Part shown: positions 49,401 through 64,000 of the stretch, in pieces
Layout of the letters: each line of letters starts with the position of its first letter
How positions within the stretch are numbered: the first letter of the stretch is position 1
NCBI GenBank assembly: GCA_964016885.1
Contig: OZ024747.1
Span: 48,236,001 to 48,300,000 of the forward strand
Direction of reading: 5' to 3'
Source: Eledone cirrhosa
Lineage: Eukaryota
Length of the DNA stretch: 64,000 nt
Position numbers and translations under genes: made by a program
Notes under the pieces: generated by a model
The model's database searches: none
The model's input: only the letters and a program-made list of their open reading frames with translations
What the model was told of the DNA's origin: nothing

Positions 49401-51415
49401 TCGGCTCGAGAGCCAGTACTGGTGGGAGAGGCGCAGACATGCGCCATTCCGGACAGATCCATCCACGACAACCTCCATCTCATGCGATACATCATAGAGA
49501 GGCTGGTTAAGGAACCTGGAACTGGTGGGGCCCTGATCAACTTCGATCAATCTAAAGCATTTGATAGGGTCAATCATCGGTACCTTGCGGCAGTCCTCGT
49601 GTCCATCTGCTCGATTGTGAAGGTGAACGGTCATCTGTCACAGCCGTTCAGCATCATGCGCTCGGTCCGTCAGTGTTCTCCCCTCTCGTCACTCTTGTCC
49701 GTATTGGACCTAGAGCCGTTACTGCACAAATTGGAGGCGATGAAAGACGTCCCACGCGAACTGCGATGTGGGAGATCCGTATCGGGTTACGCCGACGACG
49801 TCACCGCGGTGGTGTCAAGCACCGGACATGGCCAGTTGCTCAGCACCTCTCTCAAGGAATATGAAGCAGTGACAGGAGCAAAGTTACACCAGGAAAAGTC
49901 GGTGGGCTTGCAGCTCGGCACCTGGAGAGGCAAGTCCATGTCGCCCGATAGCGTCGTGGGGCGCTGAACGGAAGGACCGGTTAAATTGCTCGGGATCTGG
50001 TTCGGTCAGGACCTCCAGATGGAGAAACACTGGAACGAGGTGATGAACAGGGTGGCCTCTCTCACCCAGAAATGGGCCGAGAGGAAGCTGTCCTTGAAAG
50101 GTCGGGCAGAGGTGGCGAATCCGTTCATCCCATCCGTCATCTGATACCACCTAACCATTGTGCCTTGCCCCGGCCCAACTCTGACAAAATGGAGCGCCTC
50201 CTCTCCCGCTTTTTATGGAAGGGAGGTGCTCCCATGATCAGACGATCCATCTGCTGTCAACACCCGTTGCGTGGAGGGCTGGGTATGCCGTGGTTGATGA
50301 TGCGCAAACACGTGCTCATGCTGCGACATCTCTGGTGCTTCCTTGACGGTGAACAGGTGTGGTCGCTGTTTGCCAGACGTGTTTCCCCCAGCTGGTCTCA
50401 TTAACGGAGCTGCAGTCCTGGATCAGGAAAAGACCGAGGGATAGTGCTTGGAAGCTGGAATGTCTCCAAGCGCTCACAGCCTTCTACCAGCTGGACACTA
50501 GTATCGGTGGAACGTCCACCTCGGCGTTCTATAGAGGGCTAATAGAGGGGAAAGCGACGACGTTCTCGGGGAGACCCTGGGCGTCGAAGACGATCAACTG
50601 TTTCCTCTCTTCAAGAGAACTTTCAGCCGGGGCCTATGGACAACTTCCAGAAATTCCTGGCCTAGCAGTGCTACCGGGGAGCGTTGCCGGTTCGAGATAA
50701 GCTCTACAGGCATGGAAGTGCCGTCAGCCGAACCTATCCGAGATACGCACAGAGCGACGAAACCGTTGTGCACGCACTCGTTCAGTGTCCGAGCATTGCT
50801 GACTTGTGGAGCTATGTCGAACATTTTCTGTCACGTGTAGGACGGATCTGGTTATCGACTGAGTCCATTGTGCAAATAGCCCCACCGCCCTCCTTTAAGG
50901 AGGAGGAAGGGCAGGAAGTTTTCATCTGCCTGGTGGCCATGACGAAAGAGATTGTATGATGGACAAGGCTGACAGGATTGAATACGGACACTTTCCTCTT
51001 CGGCCAATCCCTGAGTAATTTTTTCAAGTTTCACTTGAAGAGGAAAATCAGGGTGGAGAGACAAGTGCTGTCTTCTAGTAAGTTTGTTGAAAGGTGGTTG
51101 AAAGTGGAGAGTCTGGTCCGAGTGAACGGGTCCGCTCTGAGTATGCGCCTATAGACTGAGGATGGAAAACTGAGAGAGGGCTCTTGCCCTGGTGGTCAGG
51201 GTGGCCGTGGTCTTTTGTGTGGTTTTCGCCACGAGTGACCCTTGTAAGTTTCCCCCCTATTGGGGAATTTTTGTTGTTTGAATTTTTTAAATATTTCTAT
51301 CTTCTTGTAATAACCTTTTTTACACGGCCAAAATCCACTTTGTACCGTTCTGTACCGTTCTGTGCTGTCTGTAACGTCTTTCTTCATGTTAGCACTTGTG
51401 GCCAATAAAGAAACC
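49401..51415 (+). mobile_element. Tx1/L1-clade LINE 3' half ending AATAAAGAAACC(ATT)n
   Basis: RSIHDNL, DQSKAFDRV, VRQCSPLS, GYADDV; 3' UTR to 51415. Confidence 0.9.
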
Positions 51416-51429
51416 ATTATTATTATTGT

Positions 51430-54050
51430 TCTTTGAGTCTCAGTCATTGATGTTATTTAACTGGAAAGTTTGTTGAAATAAATATCAAGCCACTACCTGC
51501 AGCCTTAGATATTCAGGACGTATCGGAGGGTTCTTGCTGTTCCAAGCAACCATGCCTTTTGAAGTGTTCCAAAACACGGGGCTGGACTAATCTTCTTTAA
51601 CCATCCTTGGAAACTCTTTGAGATAGTACCTAGTGCGCCTATGACAATCGGGACGACCTTGATCTCATGGCAATTCCAAATCCTTTTTAACTCCCATTTT
51701 AAATTGTGGTATTGGTTAATTTTCTCCCTCTCCTTTTCTTACACTCTTCTGTCAAATGGGCAGGCTACATCTACAATCAGGCACGATCTTTTTTCCTTGT
51801 CCAAAACCAGCAGGTCAGGCCTATTGTGTTCTAATTTCTTGTCTGTCTGTATCCTAAAATCCCATAGCACCTTCACCTGATCGTTTTCTATCACCGACTC
51901 TGGCTTATGCTCATACCAATTCTCAGAATGTGGTAAATTGTTTACTTTGCATAGGTGCCAGTGGATCACCCTGCCTATCATATGTCTCCAGCCTTTATAG
52001 TGAGTCTGTTGGTACCTGGATTCCGTTGCTTCTGCTCAATTACCCCTCTTCATTACTAGGACTCCACACATATTAACACCATATTCCATACATCTATCAT
52101 TGCTGAAAATACGGGCAGTGTCAACAAGTACATCCAACTCCTCACTCTTCCCAAAGAGTTTAAGATCGTCCATGAAGAGGAGGTGGTTGATAGTAAGCTC
52201 TCCTCTTCCCAGCTTGTATCCTGCTCTCACTTTTCGCAATATGACGGACAGAGGTATCAGGGTAAGGACAAACAACAAAGGAGACAAACTATCTCCCTGG
52301 AAGATACCTCTTTTGATCTTCACGCTTCCCAAGGATTCTCCACCTGATGTTAACTCTGTTTCCCAGGACTTCATACTTTTACTTAATAGCTGTCTGATGT
52401 CTGCCACCTTGAAGATTTCTAAGCTTTTGGTTATCCAAGAATGAGGTACCATGTCGAATACCTTTTTGTAATCTATCCATCCCATGGCATGACCAGTATG
52501 CCTCCTCTTGCAATTCCTCATTACCATCTTATCAATAAGTAACTGGTCTTTTGTACCACGGGACTTCTTTCGGCATCTTTTCTGTTCGTCCGGTAACAAG
52601 TTGTTTATGTGGAGGTGATGGTAGATTTCCTCAGACATAATGCTTGTTAACAGGTTCCACATTACGGACAGACATGTGATAGGCCTATAGTTGGTAACCT
52701 AATTACCCTTGATGCGGTCTTTCATTACCAGAACTGTGGTACCTTTTGTCAACCACTCTGGTACCTCACCCGACATCAAGCAGTCATTGAACATGGTTGT
52801 CAGTTTCGGGTGGAGGGATGTTATATTTTTTATCCAATATCCTGGCACACCATCTGGGCCTGGTGATTTCCAGTTAGTTAGTTTTTTGGCCTGCCCTTTA
52901 AGAGTTTCAACCGTGATACTCAAATCAGGTTGTTGGTGTGCTTGTTCACTAATCTCCTTTTAAACTGTCTCAATCTACGCTGCCTGACTGTTATGTTCAA
53001 CATCCTGCTCCCATATTCCTCTCCAGAATGTCTTAGTTTGTTCCGCCTCAGGAATCACGTCGTTGCCTCTTTCTTTCCCTTCAAGCTGTTAAAACAACAT
53101 CTTCTGGTTGTTGCCAAACATGCGGTTCTGTCTATACTGACTAACTCTGTTCTCATACCGCCTAATCTTTACACTTTTTGCTATAATGCGTTGCTTCAGT
53201 TCCTCTATGATAACATTTAGCTCTTTTCCCCTAGGTTTGTATTTTATTTTCAATCTATCTTTCGTGTCTATGTTTTGTAATGTCCCATTCAGTAAAGACT
53301 CAAGCTTTCCAATGTGTTTTCTCATTTCCTTGATTTGACCTTTCAGTCGTTTCTTCCACCAAGGTTCTGATCTTTCTTGTTTGTTGTTTCCTCTCGTTTT
53401 TATACCAAGTAATTTTTTCACCACATTTGCGGTTGCTTTGAGGATATTGTTGCATTGGTGAAGGTTCCTCGCTTCAAGGTATGGGATGACCTTGATTACC
53501 TTAGTTGTTGTTTCTTTTAACTTTTTCCTGTCTACAAATCTTAGGTTCATAGGTTTTCCACTATCATTGTTCATTTCATCTACCACTAAGTTCAGAATAT
53601 CAACCAAATCTTGCCCTAGCCCGTCAGCATTTATTTCCTCAATGGCCGTATCTTTGTTCCAGATGTTATTTATTTCAGCATTCAGATCATTGTCTGCTTC
53701 GGTTGCTTCCTCAGGTCTCTCAACTTCTTCACCCTCATTTCCAACTCAATATCTCTGCCCAGTTCCACCAGTTCCAACTCGCTTATCCATCCATTAGTTC
53801 TTATTACACGAACCTGATCGGCCAATTTTTGTCCACCTAATTTAAATAGACCAATCTCGTTCCAGATGTTATGCATCCGTTTCCTATAGTCTTTCCCCAT
53901 GGGGTTACTCTTCGGGTAACATTTCATGACAGTTCTATTCAATTCTTTCGCCCAGCTGGTTCTTGTCCCATTCCTTCTTCTTTCTCCAACACCAGCAGTA
54001 TTTGGATGACAGGCAGGTCCCTGCTGCTGGGCCAGGGAGCACTTGCTGGC
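51430..54050 (-). mobile_element. R4/Dong-like RLE LINE, internally deleted
   Basis: [62 protein letters not shown]. Confidence 0.9.
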
Positions 54051-54282
54051 TGAGAGTCTTTCACATGACGTTCCAGTCTGTGGTTTTCGCCATGAGTGAC
54101 CCTCGGAGGCTTTCCCCTTTTTGGGAAATTTTTGTTGTTTGAATTTTTTAATTTGTTTTTACACATTTCTATCTTGTTATAACCCTTTTACACGGCCAAA
54201 ACCCACTTTGCATCGTCCTGTACCGTTCTGTGCCGTCTGTAATGTTTTTCTTCATGTTAGCCCTTGTGGCCAATAAAGAAAC

Positions 54283-54353
<71 letters not shown>

Positions 54354-54354
<1 letters not shown>

Positions 54355-57300
54355 AGTTGCATTTATCTTGCTTTATGTTCATACGAGTTATCACCAAGTC
54401 ACAACAAGTGACCTCAAGAGCAACAAGGTCCGCCATGTTCAAGAAAGAAAAACATACACACACATGTATCTTTAGGTGTTTAGACTTGTGATGTACTTAT
54501 ATTGACAGAATCTTCCTTAGTATATGGGCAGTTCCCATTAGTACTGTCTTTTGTATTTCTCCTATACGCGGGCTTCCTGGGATTTGCGATAAGTAATCAT
54601 TAGACTCCTTAGGTATCATCCCTAGAGCGCCTACAACCACTGGTATTGTTTTAGTTCTCAACGTCCACATTTTTCCAATTTCTATCTCCAGGTCTTTATA
54701 CTTGCTCAATTTTTTAAATGTTTTTATAGATACATTCTTGTCTATTAGAATATACATATCAATTAGCAGGCATACCCTCTTTTTAAAGTCCTTCAGTATT
54801 ATATCAGGTCTATTTGCATCAATTTTTCAGTCTGTTTGGATGCTAAAGTTCCACAAGATTGAGATGTGATCTTTTCCAAGTCTTTTGATGGGGCAGGTCA
54901 AAATGCTTACACATTATCCAATGTATGTATTGTGCAGCTCTGTCATGCCTGTTTAGGTATTCGGTTGGAGCTATAGGACTGCACATTGAAATTATATGAT
55001 CAATGGTCTCTGGTTGTTTTTTACATACACAGCATAATGGGTTGCATCCATTTTTTATTATGTTGGCTTGGTAATTTTTTGTTGGTAGACACTGATCTTG
55101 TGCTGATATAATCAGTCCTTCAGTCTCCGATTTCAGTCCAGAGGATGCCAACCACTGATGGGTTAAAGTTTTGTCAACATCAGGATTGTTAGCTCTTTCT
55201 GGGTATTTTCCATACAGAGGCTTTTCTTGCCATTTTTTAGCCAGTCTCTGTAGCAGTTCTTTCTTTGCAGTTACTTTTACTTGCTTTGCTTTTTCTGTGT
55301 TTTTCATTTCAGCAGTAAATGGAACTTCTGAAATTTGTAGTCCATTACTGTATCTTTGTGCATCTTTTGTAATGGAGTATGATCTTTTGATGCTTTCATG
55401 TTTCAAAACGAGTTTGATCATCCAATCATGTGATTCCCTTAGATATGTAGATAATCCAATTGTTGCAGTTTTCAAAGCAATATCTAACTGGATTAATCCA
55501 CGTCCTCCTTCTTTCCTAGGGAGATATATTCTATCTGTATCTGCCTTAGGGTGATACATTCTGTGCATGGTTAAGAATTTTCTAATTTTTGTGTTGAGCC
55601 TACGGATCTCTGTGTTTAACCAGTTGATGACATTGTAGCTGTAGGTTACTACTGGTATGGCAAGCGTGTTTATGGCATCGATCCTATTCCTTGCATTCAA
55701 TTCCGTTTTTAAGATTGCTCTTACTCTGCGGTAACATTCCTTCCTTATCTTTTCCCTCATTGTCGAGTGCTTGATTCCGTCTCCTTCACAAACACCTAGA
55801 TATTTGTCAGTTTCCTCTTGGTCAAGTTCTCTTATCACATTCCACCGATCAAGATTAATGTCTGAACTTCTCAGCAGCTTTCCTCTGGAGAACGTGGTTT
55901 TGGAGCATTTGTCTAGTTCAAACTCCATTTTAATATCATCACTGAACTGCTTCATAGTGGATAATAGCCCTTGCAATTGCTCATCATTTTTTGCAAATAG
56001 TTTCAGGTCATCCATGTAGAACAAGTGATTAATGGTTTTGTCATAGACTTTATATCCATGTTTTGTTTCATTGAGCATTTTACTTAATGATATAAGTGGG
56101 ATGCAGAATAAAAGCGGTGATAAAGAGTCACCCTGAAAAATTCCACAATTAATATTAACTTCTCCAACTTCCAGTGATTTCTTTTCACTATTCAAAAGGA
56201 GTGTCGTTTACCATGTCTTCATACTGAATGACATGAACCTCCTGACAACGGGAGATATTTTGGAAATCTCTAAACATTTTTCAATCCAACTGTGTGGCAA
56301 ACTATCGAATGCTTTTTTTTATAATCTATCCAAGCAATTGATAGATTTTTGTGTCTATTATGACAATCTTCCAGTATCATTTTGTTAACCAAAAGCTGAT
56401 CCTTACAGCCATATGAGCCTCGTTTACACCCTTTCTGCTCAATGGGAAATAGGTCATTTGTTATCAGGTGGTCATATGTATATTCAGTTAGGATTGATGT
56501 TAAGATTTTATACATTGTGGTCAAGCAAGATATCGGTCTGTAATTTTTAGGATTGTTTGTCTCATCATTCTTCGGAAGTAGGAATGTAATGCTGTTAACT
56601 AGCCATGATGGTATCTTTTCTGGTTCCTTAACTATTTCATTGTAAAGTTGGGCTAACAGCTCATGAGACTCTGTGAAGGCATTTATCCAAAAATTTGGTA
56701 TTTTGTCTTTTCCTGGGGATTTCCATTAGCTGATTTTTCTAAGAGCCAAACGCAACTGTTCAACTGTTATATTTTCCCATGTTTGTTCCTCAAGGTGAGC
56801 TGTATCTTTCATTTGTCTGTCTATCCATGGGGCATGTATATTATGAACTTTTTCTTCGGCCCAGATCTTTTCCCAGAATTATTGCACTTCCTCCTTGGGT
56901 GGTATTGATTTAGCAGTTATTGTTGACTTGCCACTTTTTCTGTAGAAGTCTCTTTGGTTGTTTTTTAACATATTATTGTCCTTATAGAATCTAGATCGTT
57001 TTTCAAAGCGCCTTATACAAGCAGCTTTGGCCGACACTTTTTGCTTGATTGTTTCTATCAGCATGTCTATGTCACTTGTTGGTTTTATACTGTACTTTCT
57101 TTTCAATTTTCTAAGTTTAGTTTGTTTAACATGTTCACCTACTTTGTAGTTTGCTAAAATTTCTATGTCAGATCGGAGAAGGTTTATTTGGCGATTGATG
57201 TTCTCTTGCCAAGTAGGTTTTTAAGTGAGTGGTGACTTTAGCCGATGCATAATAGAGATGATTTAGATCAGTAATGTTTAGTTTATTTGTGATGATAATG

Positions 57301-57595
57301 CCTTTGAGAGTTATGTTAGTCTTGTGTATTATCCTTTGGTTTTGTTTGGAGTTCTGGATCTTAGGGATAGTGCCTCGTTCCCCCATGTCAGATTCTTTCA
57401 TTTTCATCCATTCGATCATAATTTCATTCTTCAATTTGGCGAGTTCATTCTCATTCCTTTCTTTACCATTTACGATCTCATTGTTTTCATTTTGAGTTAC
57501 ATCTTGAGCATGCACTCCTTCCACTTTTTCGATCCTCTCTTTAATTTGTTCTGCTGTCAGTGATTCCGCCCCAACCCTGGGATTTGAAGTGTTAC
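54354..57595 (-). mobile_element. R4/Dong-like RLE LINE, near-complete but disrupted
   Basis: [51 protein letters not shown]; bounded by (ATT)n on both sides. Confidence 0.92.
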
Positions 57596-57805
57596 AATTT
57601 ATTATTATTATTATTATTTTATATTTTTATATCTTCATTGTTAACTTAGTCTTGCCATTGTACACTTTTACTCGACCTTATTGTAACCCCCCACTGTCCC
57701 TGTCTTTGTATTGTCCCCTACATGTAGGCCCTTGTGGCTAATAAATGAAATCATTATTATTATTATTATTATTTCTTGATGTCAGCCCTTGTGGTCATAA
57801 AGAAA

Positions 57806-57840
<35 letters not shown>

Positions 57841-58923
57841 TGCATTTATCTTGCTTTATGTTCATACGAGTTATCACCAAGTCACAACCAGTGACCTCAA
57901 GAGACAACAAGGTCCGCCATGTTCAAGAAAGAACATACATACTCACACATGCATCTTTAGTGTTTAGACTTGTGATATACTTATATTGACAGAATCTTCC
58001 TTAGTATATGGGCAGTTCCCATTAGTACTATCTTTTGTATTTCTCCTATACGCGGGTTTCCTGGGATTTGCGATAAGTAATCATTAGACCCCTTAGGTAT
58101 CATTCCCAGAGCGCCTACAACCACTGGTATTGTTTTAGTTCTCAATTTCCACATTTTTCCAATTTCTATCTCCAGGTCCTTATACTTGCTCAATTTTTCA
58201 AATGTTTTTATAGATACATTCTTGTCTATTGGAACAGACATATCAATTAGCAGGCATACCCTCTTTTTAAGGTCCTTCAATATTATATCAGGTCTATTTG
58301 CATCTATTTTTCGGTCTGTTTGAATGCTAAAGTTCCACAAGATTGAGATGTGATCTTTTTCAAGTATGGGAGGTGGTTGATGCTCCCACCAATTCTTTTG
58401 ATGGGGCAGGTCAAAATGCTTACACATTATCCAATGTATGTATTGTGCAGCTCTGTCATGCCTGTTTAGGTATTCGGTTGGAGCTATAGGACTGCACATT
58501 GAAATTATATGATCAATGGTCTCTGGTTGTTTTTTGCATACACGGCATAATAGGCTGCATCCATTTTTTATTATGTTGGCTTGGTAATTTTTTGTTGGCA
58601 GACACTGATCTTGTGCTGATATAATCAGTCCTTCAGTCTCCGATTTCAGTCCAGAGGATGCCAACCACTGATGGGTTAAAGTTTTGTCAACATCAGGATT
58701 GTTAGCTCGCTCTGGGTATTTTCCATACAGAGGCTTTTCTTGCCATTTTTTAGCCAGTTTCTGTAGCAGTTCTTTCTTTGCAGTTACTTTTACCTGCTTT
58801 GCTTTTTCTGTGTTTTCCATTTCAGCAGTAAATGGGACTTCTGGAATTTGTAGTCCATTACTGTATCTTTGTGCATCTTTTGTAATGGAATATGATCTTT
58901 TTATGCTTTCGTGTTTCAAAACG
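57841..58923 (-). mobile_element. 5'-truncated young copy of the same Dong-like family with intact zinc knuckle and RLE
   Basis: ORF 57981..58943 with CRVC..ETIDH..C, NRPDIILKD, IDMSVPID, KLSKY; (ATT)n on both flanks. Confidence 0.92.
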
Positions 58924-58949
58924 ATTATTATTATTATTATCATTATTAT

Positions 58950-59137
58950 AAGGGCGGTGGATTGGCAGTAACGGTAGAGGGTCGGACGCCATGCTTTGCA
59001 GCACAGTTACGTCCCTTTACGGACTGAGTTCAAATCCCGCCGAGGTTAACTTTGCCTTTCATCCTTACGGGGTCGATAAAATAAAGTACCAGTAATACAC
59101 TGGCATAATTGCTGGCCTTGTGCCAAAAGTAGAAACA
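58950..59137 (+). mobile_element. tRNA-derived SINE inserted in (ATT)n
   Basis: GGGCGGTGGATTGGCAG..GAGTTCAAATCCC; (ATT)n on both sides. Confidence 0.85.
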
Positions 59138-59185
<48 letters not shown>

Positions 59186-59539
59186 GGTCTGTTCGGACGC
59201 TTTTTGCCTACTCCCAGTAAGTCGCTTTATTTACCTGTTATAATTATTTATTGCTTAATGTTTCTTGTTGTGTAAGGGATATAAGCCCTTGGACTTTGCC
59301 CTGTGAAGGGGAAAGTATAATATTTGGGCCTTTTGGCCCAAATATTTGATTAATATTTGAACATTTTTCTTTTAAAAATAAAAAAAAACATGGCTCAGCA
59401 ACGCCCCCAACAATATGTCTGCTGTCGTGTGACAACAGCGTAAATGTTTAGAGGAGGGTTACAGAAATTCATACAACAAACACCACCACAAACAACGTGA
59501 ACAAAGACAACAACACTGAGAACACTAATTTTTAGTAGA

Positions 59540-62340
<2,801 letters not shown>

Positions 62341-62394
62341 CTATTGCTGCCGCTACTGCTGCTACTGGTCTTGTTAGTGGTGCTGGGATCGTTG

Positions 62395-63577
62395 TTACTG
62401 TTGTTGTGGCTGTTGTTATTGTTGTTTTCGTTGATATTGTTGCTGCTGTTATTGTTGTTGTTTTCGTTGATATTGTTGCTGCTGTTATTGTTGCTGTTGC
62501 TGTTATTGTTGATACTGTTGTTGTTGTTATTGTTGTTGTTTTCGTTGATACTGTTGCTGTTGTTATTGTTGTTGTTTTCGTTGATATTGTTGCTGCTGTT
62601 ATTGTTGTTGTTGCTGTTGTTGTTGATACTGTTGCTGTTGTTATTGTTGTTGTTTTCGTTGATACTGTTGCTGCTGTTACTGTTGTTGTTGTGGCTGTTG
62701 TTATTGTTGTTGTTGTTGTTGTGGCTGTTGTTATTGTTGCTGTTGCTGTTGTTGTTGATACTGTTGCTGTTGTTATTGTTCTTGTTTTCGTTGATACTGT
62801 TGCTGCTGTTACTGTTGTTGTTGTGGCTGTTGTTATTGTTGTTGTTGTTGTTGTGGCTGTTGTTATTGTTGCTGTTGCTGTTGTTGTTGATACTGTTGCT
62901 GTTGTTATTGTTGTTGTTTTCGTTGATACTGTTGCTGCTGTTACTGTTGTTGTTGTTGTGGTTGTTGTTATTGTTGTTGTTGTTGTGGCTGTTGTTATTG
63001 TCATTGTTATTGTCTTTCTCGACCTGTTATTTTCGTTGTTGCTCTTCTTATTGACGGTGTTGATGGCGACGATGATGATGATGATGATGTCGATGATTAT
63101 GATGCTGTTGATGATGGTGGTGGTGATGATGATGATGGTTATGATGATGATCGTGATAATGATCGTGATAATGATTGTGCTGTTGATGATGATGATGATG
63201 ATGTGGATGATGACGATGATAATGATGGTGATGATGGTGATGATTGTAATGGGGATGAAGATGATGGTGATGATGCTGATGATGATGATGGCGATGGTGA
63301 GGATGGTCATGATGATGATTGTCATCATGATGATGGTTATAATGCTGATGATGATGGTGTTGAATGAAGATGATGGTGATGACGATACTGATGATGGTGA
63401 TCATGGTGATGATGATGATGACGATGATTGTAATGGTGATGATGATGCTGAAGATGATGCTGATGGTGGTGGTGATGATGATGATGATGATGACGATGAT
63501 GACGATGATGACGATGATTGTAATGGGATGGTGATGATGATGATGGTAATGATGATAATGGTGATGCTGCTGTTGCT

Positions 63578-63608
<31 letters not shown>

Positions 63609-63670
63609 ATTATGATGTTGATGGTGGTGATGGTGGTGGTGATGGTGGTGATGGTGATGATAATGATGGT
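62395..63670. repeat. (GTT)n-derived then (GAT)n-derived trinucleotide low-complexity arrays
   Basis: Direct inspection. Confidence 0.92.
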
Positions 63671-64000
63671 AAAAAATCAAATCATAGAAAGACCAAACAA
63701 TGAAGTGAGAAGAAGAAGAAGAAGAAGAAGCGCAGGTTAAATATCACCATAAATTTATTATCCAGGAATGATGATTTCCGTTAATAATCCTAGCTCCCAA
63801 CAATTTGACATAAACCTGCTAAAACTGTCAAATGAATGACTTCATTTATTTAATAAAAAGACAAACAAAAACAAAATATTTGCGGCCGTGTCTTCCGGTG
63901 TTCTTAATTCATATTTTCTATGGAGGCTTCCGGTTAAAAGAAGAACATTTTAGATGGAAAAAAATGATAAATGACTCGAGATTTGTTATTATGTGCAGAT

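Overview
AT-rich, microsatellite-dense animal genomic DNA; the SINE families and RTE/C2H2 content suggest an octopus or other cephalopod (inference). The only host gene is the 3' part of a spliced C2H2 zinc-finger gene on + (exons 4331-4450, 12802-12958, 16489-16690, 18102-19003). The rest is repeats: RTE, R4/Dong-like and Tx1 LINEs, a Penelope-like (PLE) RT/GIY-YIG relic, a non-autonomous LTR element with a tRNA-Trp PBS, a DD37D maT transposon, Helitron, hAT, piggyBac and Tc1-type MITEs, tRNA SINEs and minisatellites. The most striking signal not in the ORF track is about 15 type I hammerhead ribozyme (HHR) cores from several unrelated sequence families. They sit in short non-coding PLE pseudo-LTR/retrozyme-like elements, mostly beside (TA)n tracts and often folded back as long inverted repeats. 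Some are structurally unusual, with 80-100 nt stem II domains or a loop II/5'-flank pairing that covaries between two families. A second signal is a ~12 kb pile-up of Tx1 and Dong-like retroelements at (ATT/TAA)n arrays, including a satellite that appears built from Tx1 3' termini. All structures were paired by eye; no activity is demonstrated.
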